Positions 51,958 through 61,632 of a DNA stretch of 64,000 nt are shown one piece after another. Location of the stretch: positions 32,001 to 96,000 of IMG/VR virus record IMGVR_UViG_3300021255_002485. One strand, given 5' to 3'. The notes under the pieces were generated by a model. It saw only the letters and a program-made list of their open reading frames with translations, made no database searches and was not told the origin of the DNA. The position numbers and the translations under genes are program-made. How positions within the stretch are numbered: position 1 is the stretch's first letter; each line of letters begins with the position of its first letter. This stretch comes from a virus. Its lineage: Duplodnaviria > Caudoviricetes.

Positions 51958-53091
51958 TCAGTCACCAATCATTTCTACTCCTTCAACCAGTGTTTTTACT
52001 AATTGTTCGACTTCTTCTACTGTATTTTCCTCATCAAACGTAAATCTCAATGATGCATTGGCTGCTTCCTCACTTAACCCTATGGCTTGCAAAACATGTG
52101 ATGGTTCATGTGATTGTGAATTACAAGCAGATCCAGATGATACACATATATCAAACTGTCCAAGATAAGCTAATAGCTGTTCGCCGGTTACATTATAATT
52201 CTGAAAACAAACATTCACACAGCTCTCCATACTTGTTTGTCCGCCATTATTGAATGTTATCTCCGGCAACGCTAATTTCAACTGAGACTTTAGATTCCAA
52301 TGAATTTCGTGTATCTGTTTTTCTCGTTCTTCTTGTTCTCTGTATGACTTTTCAGCTGCATATGCAAGCCCGACAATTCCAGATACGTTCTCTGTTCCTG
52401 CTATTATTCCTCGTTGTTGAGATCCGCCATAAGTCAGTTGAGCCATAGAATCTTTATATTTTTCTCTTATATATACGAAACCAATTCCTTGTGGACCATG
52501 AAACTTATGACCGACGCAAGATAGAAAATCGATGCATTGAGAATCGACATTAATAGGTAATTTTCCAAAAGCCTGAACAGCATCCGTATGAAAAGGAACA
52601 TCGGCTTTTCTGCATATATGCCCTATCTGTTCAATGTCTTGTATGCTCCCTATTTCATTATTGACATACATAATAGATACAAGATTAGCCACAGAAACGT
52701 GCTGATCAAGTTCTGAAATGTCAATTAATCCATTGATATCTACCGGAAGTTCTATAACTCGAACATCATGTTTATCCTTCAACATATTAAACGTGTTTAA
52801 CACAGCGTGATGCTCAATAGCAGAAGTAATACCAACTGTACCTCTTCTACACATAGAACGAATAATCCAGTTATCTGCAATACTTCCAGATGCAACAAAA
52901 TATATTTCGTCTGGATGACAATGGACTAATGCAGCTATTTTCTCTTTAGACTCCATAATAGCTTTACGTGATTTATCTGCAAAAGGATATAAGGCAGACG
53001 GATTTCCATATTCTTCCACTGCATAAGGCTTCATTATATCCCATACTTCTTCACTTGTTCGCGTTGTTGCATATTTATCAAAATTTATCAT
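51958..53091 (-). CDS. iscS: Cysteine desulfurase (group I, IscS/NifS-like)
   Basis: YATT, IEHHAV, HTDAVQA, GHKFHGPQGIG (PLP Lys), GTENV, SSGSAC (catalytic Cys). Confidence 0.92.
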   Translation of the reverse strand: MINFDKYATTRTSEEVWDIMKPYAVEEYGNPSALYPFADKSRKAIMESKEKIAALVHCHPDEIYFVASGSIADNWIIRSMCRRGTVGITSAIEHHAVLNTFNMLKDKHDVRVIELPVDINGLIDISELDQHVSVANLVSIMYVNNEIGSIQDIEQIGHICRKADVPFHTDAVQAFGKLPINVDSQCIDFLSCVGHKFHGPQGIGFVYIREKYKDSMAQLTYGGSQQRGIIAGTENVSGIVGLAYAAEKSYREQEEREKQIHEIHWNLKSQLKLALPEITFNNGGQTSMESCVNVCFQNYNVTGEQLLAYLGQFDICVSSGSACNSQSHEPSHVLQAIGLSEEAANASLRFTFDEENTVEEVEQLVKTLVEGVEMIGD

Positions 53092-53198
53092 TTCTGCTAT
53101 TCCTCATTATATAAAAAATGGCTACGGTGTAGGTATTTTACGTATGGAAGGGAATTAAGAAAGTGAGTATATGAAAGGAATTCCGTAGCCATATTTAT

Positions 53199-53227
53199 AT
53201 CATATCTTGCCATTTTAATTTTGTCAA
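53199..53227 (-). promoter_or_regulatory. Sigma-A promoter upstream of the hairpin RNA and iscS
   Basis: TTGACA-17 bp-TATGAT. Confidence 0.8.
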
Positions 53228-54691
53228 TCATCTGCGAGTATTTACGTGATCATTTAAAATATTACAATATCCTATCTCATACCAACGGTTCCATGCGCTC
53301 TTCCATTCGTATAGAATCTGTCGATCTCCCTCATCATTTCTTGTTTTGTTTATAAAACAAACATAATATGTCTTATTGGGATCAAGCGTGATCTCTTCTT
53401 TTATCTTCTTGTTATCCTTTTTATATTTATAAGGATGACAATCGTACTTTCCACCGGAATACTCGTCTGCCCAAAGCTTGCGCATCATAATAAGTTCACT
53501 GACCACCTCTTTAATCTGTTTGCTTGAACTAAGGCAGCTTGCATCAAGATATCTTTGATTTGTTGTATACAGAGCAAGCTGAAAAGTACAAGTCAGGGCA
53601 ATATTCAACTTTGAAACTAAATTGAATATCTTACGAGAATTCATTAGTAACTGATACCAAGCATCTCCGTCTACTGCATCATCACCTTTCATTGTATCCC
53701 ATACAATATAACGCACCCCAGAATGAGCGAGTTTCTTAATAAATCTCTCTATAAGGTTAGTATCATTATCAAATATTTTGATAAACTGAATGTTACCGTA
53801 TTTTTCGTCACCAATCTTCTGTGCTTCCTTGATCTTGACCATTTCTTCATCTGTATACTTGCCCAATTTAATCTTCTTACGGGTCAATGACCATGTATCT
53901 AAATCTCTTGTAAGAACATGGGATAACAGCATATTTTGATAAACCTTGATATCCATTTCGTTGCTGATAATAGCAACTTTATTCTCCTTCTGTATCGGTA
54001 TTACCATATTCTCAAAGATCCAACTCGATTTTCCTGTCCCGGAATGCCCGCTAAACAAGAAGACATCCCCTAATGGAGCACCAAGTGTAGTGTAATTGAG
54101 CAAAGGAGCATTTTCTCCGTAACTCAACCCTACATTCTCACCAGACATATTGTTCTTAATGAACTCGTCGGTGATACGAAGTTGTTCTATTTGCGCTTGA
54201 TGCCCCATTTTGAGAGATACTGAACTATTCAGTAACTCGAAAACATCATAAACATCATCGTTTGTAGCGTTATCAAACCTCTCTACATGAGTAAATAATT
54301 CCTCAGACTTCTTTGCCATTTCAGATAAAGAATTCATACGAGCAATCTTATCGTAATAGCCCTCTACATTCTCTGGATCAACAAGATCCTGCAAATCCTT
54401 TATTGTCTGATATCCACCGTACTCTTCAAACTTCTTCTTAACCTTTTTATTATTAGTCAAAAAAGCTTCAATAGATATATGGTCAAACTTCCTAACTCCC
54501 TGTTCCCACATTCCTCTGCCGAGCATCCAGTAGAATTGTGCATCTTTATCTTGTAATGTTTCGTCTTTACCGACATTAATTTCTTTATAATCTGCAAATA
54601 AATCGGGATTAGACCAGCAAGCAAATACAAAACATGCTTCAACCTTTTCTCGACCATTATTTATCTTCTTCAACGTTTCTTGTAGATTCAT
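53228..54691 (-). CDS. Replicative DnaB-like helicase, SPbeta YorI-like
   Basis: GHSGTGKS Walker A, ISNEM, VWDTMK, TFQL, INKTRN. Confidence 0.9.
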   Translation of the reverse strand: MNLQETLKKINNGREKVEACFVFACWSNPDLFADYKEINVGKDETLQDKDAQFYWMLGRGMWEQGVRKFDHISIEAFLTNNKKVKKKFEEYGGYQTIKDLQDLVDPENVEGYYDKIARMNSLSEMAKKSEELFTHVERFDNATNDDVYDVFELLNSSVSLKMGHQAQIEQLRITDEFIKNNMSGENVGLSYGENAPLLNYTTLGAPLGDVFLFSGHSGTGKSSWIFENMVIPIQKENKVAIISNEMDIKVYQNMLLSHVLTRDLDTWSLTRKKIKLGKYTDEEMVKIKEAQKIGDEKYGNIQFIKIFDNDTNLIERFIKKLAHSGVRYIVWDTMKGDDAVDGDAWYQLLMNSRKIFNLVSKLNIALTCTFQLALYTTNQRYLDASCLSSSKQIKEVVSELIMMRKLWADEYSGGKYDCHPYKYKKDNKKIKEEITLDPNKTYYVCFINKTRNDEGDRQILYEWKSAWNRWYEIGYCNILNDHVNTRR

Positions 54692-55209
54692 TCGCTATCC
54701 CCTAACAATCCAGACACATCATGTCCTTTTCGTTTATGACTGCCAATGTCATAGTCTTCATCACTATGTTGTGCCGCCTTAAATTCAATAACTTTGGCTT
54801 GCTGCTTAAATAATTCTTGCATATGCTGTTTCTCTTTATAGATATCCATTACATTATTATTGATAATAGCAAAAATATACTTGATCTCCGCAGTTTCATT
54901 TATAAACTGCTTTGTATTTAATGCCCATGCTATATCTTTAGATACCTTCATCATAGTCTCATATATAACGTCATAGCCGAACGGTTCTAATTCTTTGAGT
55001 AACTTAAAAATATAGGTATTCGGCTTCATTTGAGATTCATACCCCAGGATCTCCATCATAAAATCAATGCACTTCTTACGATTTTCACTATTTTTCACTA
55101 TTTCTTCGTAAGCTGCTTTGGAACTATAATATCTTCCATTCGGAGCCTTATAAGCGTCATTCATGTCGCCTTTAGTTCCCATATCCCATATTTTTACTAT
55201 CCTACCCAT
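54688..55209 (-). CDS. Replication-module protein (YorH-like position)
   Basis: Coupled to the helicase; synteny only. Confidence 0.45.
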   Translation of the reverse strand: MGRIVKIWDMGTKGDMNDAYKAPNGRYYSSKAAYEEIVKNSENRKKCIDFMMEILGYESQMKPNTYIFKLLKELEPFGYDVIYETMMKVSKDIAWALNTKQFINETAEIKYIFAIINNNVMDIYKEKQHMQELFKQQAKVIEFKAAQHSDEDYDIGSHKRKGHDVSGLLGDSE

Positions 55210-55371
55210 AAAATCACCTATATAATCGCTGTGGCTGAAACCGGATATCTACTATATATCTGAACGAATAAAAAAATCCTACTATCTGACATAGAGTAAA
55301 GCTGCGGGAAGCGAATACCGCTTCCCACATATATATGTCTCTTTCGCGAACTAAAACGAACCACATCTTAT

Positions 55372-56511
55372 TTATTCCTCAACTAACTCGTTTATCTTAT
55401 CTGCTATCTGCTCAAGATGCTTAGTAGGCACTTCATCTGGATTCTTGAAATTCTTGACTCCAAGTTCTTTCATAAGTTCTTTGACTTCTGTAGCAGCGTC
55501 TTCAGATAAACCATTAAACTTAATCTTGATATCCTCTATTAATTCCTCGTTACGTTCTTCATCAATCTTGAGTTCCTTTGCATTTTTAGAATACTCAGAA
55601 GCAGCTTTAGCCTTTTCCTTATCCTTGGCTTTCTGAACTTTTTCAGCTTCTTTATATGATACCCCGCTTTTTGCCTGCTCTGCCTTTATAGCATCCTGAA
55701 TAGCCTTGATAAACGCATCTGCATCAAACGGAATTCTATCGACGATATCAGCAAATCTCGATTTGCTATCAATGCTAAAGCTATCGTCTCTAAACGTAAT
55801 AACACGAGATTCCGACATAACCTTGTTAACCGTGATATCCTTCTTCGTAACAATATTTTTACGCCCTGTATTCTCTTTGATGATCTCTCGATCAACGTAA
55901 CCTACAGCTATAATATCCATCTTGTTACGAATAGCGTTAAAATATCTCTGCTGAGCATCTGCTGTAAGCTGCGAATAAGTTTCCTGTGTAACAGGATCGA
56001 TGATATCAGATCTCTTTGTGTGAGATATAATAAATGAATGTACTCCAACATTTCGAAGTTCCCACATTTTATCAAGGATCATGTTAATACAATAATCCTG
56101 TCCCTTGCCAAAACCACCCCATGCTGACAGAATTGTTTCAGCTCTCTTATCGGGATTTTTCTTATTGTATTGTCTAATAGTTTCGATTTCTCCGAGACGA
56201 ATTAATTCATCCAAGCTATCCCAAATAACTACTTTAAGTTGCGGATAATCCTCGTCTTTGTTATCTACTATATCTCCTACTACTTCTACGAGTTTGCTCC
56301 AATCCTCTATAGGCTCAGATATAATATTAGAGATAGCATCAACTCCACCCTCTCGTCCTATATTAAAATGAATGTAACCATCTTCGCCTACGAGTTTTTC
56401 GCAAATCTCTTTACTGATGGTTGTTTTTCCTATTCCTCCAATCCCGGCTAAACATATGTTGAGATCAAGGGGATTAAGGCTAATTACGTTTTTCTTACCA
56501 AACTTTCCCAT
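55372..56511 (-). CDS. AAA_24/Sak4-like ATPase, SPbeta YorG-like
   Basis: GIGGIGKTT, VIWDSLDEL, WGGFGKG, ISHTK. Confidence 0.8.
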   Translation of the reverse strand: MGKFGKKNVISLNPLDLNICLAGIGGIGKTTISKEICEKLVGEDGYIHFNIGREGGVDAISNIISEPIEDWSKLVEVVGDIVDNKDEDYPQLKVVIWDSLDELIRLGEIETIRQYNKKNPDKRAETILSAWGGFGKGQDYCINMILDKMWELRNVGVHSFIISHTKRSDIIDPVTQETYSQLTADAQQRYFNAIRNKMDIIAVGYVDREIIKENTGRKNIVTKKDITVNKVMSESRVITFRDDSFSIDSKSRFADIVDRIPFDADAFIKAIQDAIKAEQAKSGVSYKEAEKVQKAKDKEKAKAASEYSKNAKELKIDEERNEELIEDIKIKFNGLSEDAATEVKELMKELGVKNFKNPDEVPTKHLEQIADKINELVEE

Positions 56512-56577
56512 TGGCTTTTCTCCTTCCTGCCAAGGGCGACTCTTCTGCGAGCCGCCCAACTTCGAAATGGTTAATAG

Positions 56578-57786
56578 TTATCCAAAAAGATCCGCTAAAT
56601 CGTCATCATCGTCGTCATCATCGTCATCAACCTCATCCTCGGGTTCGGGTTCAGGTTCTTTTTTTGCCTTTGTCTTACTCTTTTTAGGCTTCTCTTCCTC
56701 ATCCTCTGGTTCGTTCATATCAAATGGAGGATCATCATCTGATGCTGTAGGACAGAATATCTTTTCCTCGAATTCATCTGGAGTATCATCTACTTCAACC
56801 ATGCCGTCCTGATATGTCCCGGTGGTATTCGGGAAATTTGTAATTCTCCATTCTACTATGCGATTACCATATGATCTGCCCTTTGCAGCAAAATCTTCGA
56901 CCTTGGCAAGACCGCAATCCACCTTCATCTTCTGAAGATCTGTCAACATATCGTAGGTGATGTTCTCCGCATCCCCCATATCTTGTGCTCCATTGAAGTA
57001 TGAAATCACAATTTCATTGGAGTAGTATTTCTTGCCCTTAAGATTGTTAACAATTTTTCCGTCCTTATATGAAAGACCAAGATTCATCAGATTATACTTA
57101 AGCATCTTGAGGTGTTGGTCGTTTTCAAAATCAATTCTTGAACAATCAAGGATAAGCTGAATAGGAATATATCTATTCTCTCCGCCATCAGATCCAAGAT
57201 CTCTTCCAGACAGATATTCCTGTGTATACGCATTGATATAGATCTTCTTCTCTTCCTTGAAATCTGTTGTATCTATACTCTCCTTATTCCAGTAAATTAC
57301 TGTGGTCAGTTCCAGCTTATTCTTACGCTCATCGTCCTTATCTACTACATAAAGATTATTAATCTGAAATCTTTTTGACTCTTTACCGTTGTAGAAATTC
57401 TCCTGTGTCTGTCCGGTAACTGCGAATCTCTTATCCTTCAACTCATCTATATGATCCTTGATATACTCGCAAAAATCATATGGAGTGATAAATTCCTGTC
57501 TGTCGTCTCCATCTGTTATTACATTCTTACGATAATTTACTACTGACTTAATAACATCGTCATCAAAACGATCATCCCAATCAATATCAATATTATTTCC
57601 GTCAGTATCCTTTGTCTTAATTATGTCGTTCTGCCAGCCCACAGCTTCGACATAAGCACGATTATTCTTTGATACTATTACAGTAGCATTGATACCAAGT
57701 CCGCTATCTCCTATCTTTCTTACCGCGGGTACTTTGGCATCTTCTTTAGTGTTAAATTCTAACTGCCCTACAAATAAAAACCTCAT
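56578..57786 (-). CDS. Putative ssDNA-binding protein (YorF-like position)
   Basis: OB-like beta pattern; very acidic tail ending LADLFG; heads the replication operon. Confidence 0.55.
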   Translation of the reverse strand: MRFLFVGQLEFNTKEDAKVPAVRKIGDSGLGINATVIVSKNNRAYVEAVGWQNDIIKTKDTDGNNIDIDWDDRFDDDVIKSVVNYRKNVITDGDDRQEFITPYDFCEYIKDHIDELKDKRFAVTGQTQENFYNGKESKRFQINNLYVVDKDDERKNKLELTTVIYWNKESIDTTDFKEEKKIYINAYTQEYLSGRDLGSDGGENRYIPIQLILDCSRIDFENDQHLKMLKYNLMNLGLSYKDGKIVNNLKGKKYYSNEIVISYFNGAQDMGDAENITYDMLTDLQKMKVDCGLAKVEDFAAKGRSYGNRIVEWRITNFPNTTGTYQDGMVEVDDTPDEFEEKIFCPTASDDDPPFDMNEPEDEEEKPKKSKTKAKKEPEPEPEDEVDDDDDDDDDDLADLFG

Positions 57787-57836
57787 AAAAACTCCTTTCG
57801 TTTATATATTTGCTTGTTTGTTTTATTATACCCCTG

Positions 57837-57865
57837 ATTATAATATCATATTTTAATTATGTCAA
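57837..57865 (-). promoter_or_regulatory. Sigma-A promoter of the replication operon
   Basis: TTGACA-17 bp-TATAAT. Confidence 0.85.
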
Positions 57866-57869
57866 TTTA

Positions 57870-58151
57870 TTATCGAATGTCTGGACTCGTTTCGTCCAAA
57901 TATAGACATATTATTCCTGAATCTCTGGTGATTAGAATTGTATTTTTATCCGTATATTCTATACTTATAACCGAATTTATCGGAAATTCTAATCTCAACT
58001 CTCCCTCTCCCATTAATTCTACAGAATCACCAAACATTGTTACACTAACAATACTCATAGCCACATGATTCGATAGTCCGTCATTATCCGTTACTGTATA
58101 ACGAATACGATCCTGCTCAGCAATTCTGTCAAGTAACTTCTCAAAATCCAT
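57870..58151 (-). CDS. Small protein under a putative SOS box
   Basis: GGGAGG RBS and its own promoter. Confidence 0.6.
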   Translation of the reverse strand: MDFEKLLDRIAEQDRIRYTVTDNDGLSNHVAMSIVSVTMFGDSVELMGEGELRLEFPINSVISIEYTDKNTILITRDSGIICLYLDETSPDIR

Positions 58152-58183
58152 AATTTTTTACCTCCCTCTACAAATACCTCTCC

Positions 58184-58227
58184 GAACGTCTGTTCTATTA
58201 TTATATCCCTCACAAATCATATGTCAA
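58184..58227 (-). promoter_or_regulatory. Promoter with an overlapping LexA/DinR (Cheo) box
   Basis: TTGACA-16 bp-TATAAT (58200-58227); GAAC-GTCT-GTTC at 58184-58195 over the predicted start site. Confidence 0.7.
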
Positions 58228-58292
58228 ATCTTTTTCGTATTATGTATGGTTTTAATTATTGTGTTTACATATCCAAGATTAACACCGTAGTG

Positions 58293-59243
58293 TTAATCTG
58301 TCAACTCTAAATATTTATTCCATTTATCAAGGTATCTTGCCTTTGCATATATTGGACCGTATTGATTGCTTATTTCTTCGTGATAACTTTTTATCGCTGT
58401 TTCTGCATCTATATTATCTTTTACCATAAAATCTCTAATCATTTGCAGTCTGCCGCTCTCAAATAACATAGAGCTAGAAATGGCTGGAGTGTCACATTCT
58501 TCTTTTAATCTTTTTATATTTACAGACATGGTGTGCAGGAAAGCTGTTGCTGACGCTCCTTCTTTTTTATTTGGCTTTGATTTGATTATTTTTTTGTCCG
58601 ATGTCTCATAATTCATTATTCGATCTACACCACCGTATAATCTGTATTCATATACTTCTGCTGAAGCCTTAGCTAAATTAATTAGTTCATATGATACTTT
58701 AATAGTTCTTCCCGGCAGCTCGACCATATCTCCTTTGAAATTATCCATCGTTAAAGCTTCAAAGTCACTATATCCTTTACCACCTATTCCTTCAAATAAA
58801 GCAAGGATCAAGAAACGCTCATATTCATTGAGTATTTTAGGATTCTTGGTTAACTTGATTGCCCCGGCTCTGTCAACAATTCCCTTGTCCAAATATGCAG
58901 AATTAACACATTGCTGATTAAGGATTTCTCTGTCTATTTCGGTGAAATGATTCTGAGAATCCGGAATCATAGCATTAGTTAAGCACCATTGTGTATACAT
59001 ATTCAAATGTGAATGTATCATCATAAGACTTTCAAGAGATCGAGTAACTCTTGATTTATAAAAATCTAATATTTCAGGCACAGTCCATTCACATACGTCT
59101 TTATTAAGATCCATCTCGAATTGAGCTGTTTCAGTAAATCTATTGATTAAAACTTGTTTAGGTGTTTGATTTCTTTTACCGGTAGATTTTTCCATAGTGA
59201 ATTCTTTGATGAAAGTCTCTTTTCTTTTTTCGTTGTACATCAT
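58293..59243 (-). CDS. MrpR/YopR-like master repressor (catalytically dead tyrosine-recombinase fold)
   Basis: MYNEKRKETF start, FE..L.KD.CEW...EI, LFEGIGG, ESG; no RHR catalytic set; synteny with DndB-like and XerC-like genes. Confidence 0.7.
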   Translation of the reverse strand: MMYNEKRKETFIKEFTMEKSTGKRNQTPKQVLINRFTETAQFEMDLNKDVCEWTVPEILDFYKSRVTRSLESLMMIHSHLNMYTQWCLTNAMIPDSQNHFTEIDREILNQQCVNSAYLDKGIVDRAGAIKLTKNPKILNEYERFLILALFEGIGGKGYSDFEALTMDNFKGDMVELPGRTIKVSYELINLAKASAEVYEYRLYGGVDRIMNYETSDKKIIKSKPNKKEGASATAFLHTMSVNIKRLKEECDTPAISSSMLFESGRLQMIRDFMVKDNIDAETAIKSYHEEISNQYGPIYAKARYLDKWNKYLELTD

Positions 59244-59249
59244 AATAAT

Positions 59250-60476
59250 TCACCTCCTCACCTTTTTATTCAGCTCTTTTAATAATTCAGATAAAGCTAT
59301 GGCTTTCCTCATATTAAAATGACCTTCCCAATATTGTTTATTATATATACCGTTTTTACTACTATCATTCAACATATATGATTGCTCCGCTAAATTGCTA
59401 TTACAGTTTTTCATTACGCAAACAGCACAGTAAATAAAGCTTCGCTTCCATTTTACATCAATAATAGTTGGGTCTTCTTCAATCATTTGATCTAATTTAC
59501 CTTTAATTTCCTCCGTAATTTTCATAGCTTCTGATCTTTTGATTTGAGCAGTATTATAAAAACACTTTACCGCTATAACAAACTCAGGAAAATCAATAAT
59601 TCCTTTATTACGAGATATTATCCCATGAGCCATGCTATCAGCAACTCTCTCTCCAATAAATACAGAATAATCATTCTGATTATATGATTCGGAATCCACC
59701 TTTGACATTTGCGTTTTCTGATCTTCCTGCCATATGAAATGTCTAGCATGATCTTCAGTGAAATTAACAATTCTCAATTCCATCTCATAATCAAAATCAT
59801 GATTTTTGGTATACACTTTTGATAAGGCGTGATATCTATGATATCCGTCCAAAATATCAAAGTATTTAAGAGAATAAATTGTTAATTTATGAGTCTCCGA
59901 GTCATAACTAAAATCTGTGCCTTCTATATCTGGAATATTTAGAGTTATTGTATTGGGAATGTACGCATCTTCCTCATAACTTGTTTCAATCTCCTTGACG
60001 GCTGCTTCATTAATAGCTATTTGATATACCTCATGCCCATGAGTTATTTTACGTTCCAATGTACGTTGTGTACGTTCATTATAATTAATAATCTGGGCAT
60101 CTCTAAATCTCATCAGTTCCTGTGCCGTAATTTTCCCTATCCATTGATTAGACCTAATTTGGATCATATCGAAAGTTAGTGGAAAATCTAAGGATATCTT
60201 ATTGAATTTCATTTTGGAATATTTCTTTATCTCTTGAGGACTAAAATAGCTTTGGATTTCTTTTTCATTGAAAAAAATTATAGCCAATGCATATAAAAGA
60301 AAATCACTGGCATCTTCTGTTGGAATCTTCAGTGTTAAATAATCAGAAGATAGCCCTCTAGGAATATCGTATGTCTTATACAACGTGTCACTATAGCTTT
60401 TTATTAAATCGGATTTATCGCTTTTTGACGCGATATCATTGTTCAGTTTACTAAAAAAATCATCACTACGTAACAT
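59250..60476 (-). CDS. DndB/DGQHR-domain (ParB/Srx-like) protein, YopQ-like
   Basis: YNERTQR, PNTITLN, ILDGYHR. Confidence 0.75.
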   Translation of the reverse strand: MLRSDDFFSKLNNDIASKSDKSDLIKSYSDTLYKTYDIPRGLSSDYLTLKIPTEDASDFLLYALAIIFFNEKEIQSYFSPQEIKKYSKMKFNKISLDFPLTFDMIQIRSNQWIGKITAQELMRFRDAQIINYNERTQRTLERKITHGHEVYQIAINEAAVKEIETSYEEDAYIPNTITLNIPDIEGTDFSYDSETHKLTIYSLKYFDILDGYHRYHALSKVYTKNHDFDYEMELRIVNFTEDHARHFIWQEDQKTQMSKVDSESYNQNDYSVFIGERVADSMAHGIISRNKGIIDFPEFVIAVKCFYNTAQIKRSEAMKITEEIKGKLDQMIEEDPTIIDVKWKRSFIYCAVCVMKNCNSNLAEQSYMLNDSSKNGIYNKQYWEGHFNMRKAIALSELLKELNKKVRR

Positions 60477-60499
60477 AACCCCACCTCCATTTTCACCTT

Positions 60500-60583
60500 A
60501 TTCTAAACATATTCGGTTAAAAATGTCAAGTTATGTATACTTGTATTTTTAATTTTTTCGCAAACTTATACCGAATATGTTTT
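60500..60583 (-). promoter_or_regulatory. Promoter and 14-bp inverted repeat pair
   Basis: TTGACA-18 bp-TAGAAT (60500-60529); TAAACATATTCGGT (60504) and ACCGAATATGTTTA (60570). Confidence 0.6.
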
Positions 60584-60640
60584 ATCCATTCCTTATTTTC
60601 ATCTCTAAATTATCCAATTTAACCATCTCCTTCCACGTTT

Positions 60641-61630
60641 TTAAATGTTAAAATTAATCATATCCGCAGCTTCTGCCCTTTCGTTTCCCTCTGTTACTGC
60701 ATAAAGCTTTGTAGTACTGACTGATGCATGACCTACCGCCCTGCGAACAAATTCAAGATTTCCTGTTCTGTTGTAAAGAATAGATACATATCCCGCCCTT
60801 AACTTATGTGGAGACAATGCTTTTCCTATACCTGCTTTGGTATATTTTTTCACCATTTTAGCAATTGAGGTAACAGCCATCCGATTGCCTTGGTTAGACA
60901 GAAATAAACTTGAAGCATTTACCTTTTTAACATATCCGTCTCTTACAGCTAACCATTCTTTGATCGCTATTGCCGTATTCTCGTTGAATTTATATTCCAT
61001 GCTCTGTTTACCTTTTGCTATACCGATAATCTTATGAGCCTCAAGATCCACATTTTCTATATTAATCTCAGATATAGCAGATTCTCTTATTCCGGTACAC
61101 ATCATAAGAGCAAGCATAGCCTTATCTCTTTTACAAATCATTTCATTAGTGTTTTTATTAACCGAATATAAAATTGCATTGAAATCATCCTCAGTTAATA
61201 AAACCCGCTTTTCATTCACTCTTTCCTGATCTGTCGATTTTGGTTTTTTGATGTTTGATAGATAGTTTTGATCTATGTATCCCATCGAAACCAGAAAAAT
61301 CATAAAACCATTCAAACATGTCCATATACCTTTCTTGTATGAACCTGATGCATATTTTACATTACCTTTATTATCAGATATCGTTTCGATTTTTGAAAAA
61401 TACTCCCATACTACCTCAGTATTAATGTCTGCCGCTTTAATTTTAGCAACATCTAAATCTATAAATGATAAAAACTTATGAATTTTACTTAAATAATTCC
61501 GACAAGTCTGTGCTGTCATCCCATTTGCTTTCATAAATTTATAATACTCTGAGACAAATTCCGGCATTGCTTCAAGTTTCTTTTGATTTGCTTCTTGGAT
61601 CTGAAGATCATGTTCTAATCTGCCTTCCAT
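60641..61630 (-). CDS. XerC/D-like tyrosine recombinase, YopP-like
   Basis: TGIRESA, AKG, SPHKLR, VGH, TTKLY; catalytic set intact. Confidence 0.9.
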   Translation of the reverse strand: MEGRLEHDLQIQEANQKKLEAMPEFVSEYYKFMKANGMTAQTCRNYLSKIHKFLSFIDLDVAKIKAADINTEVVWEYFSKIETISDNKGNVKYASGSYKKGIWTCLNGFMIFLVSMGYIDQNYLSNIKKPKSTDQERVNEKRVLLTEDDFNAILYSVNKNTNEMICKRDKAMLALMMCTGIRESAISEINIENVDLEAHKIIGIAKGKQSMEYKFNENTAIAIKEWLAVRDGYVKKVNASSLFLSNQGNRMAVTSIAKMVKKYTKAGIGKALSPHKLRAGYVSILYNRTGNLEFVRRAVGHASVSTTKLYAVTEGNERAEAADMINFNI

Positions 61631-61632
61631 AA

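Noticed and set aside
51958-60476. Phosphorothioate (dnd) system suggested by the IscS/DndA-like and DndB-like genes
   Set aside because: No dndC/D/E or ssp genes; the two genes are about 6 kb apart and the DndB-like gene fits the SPbeta yopQ context
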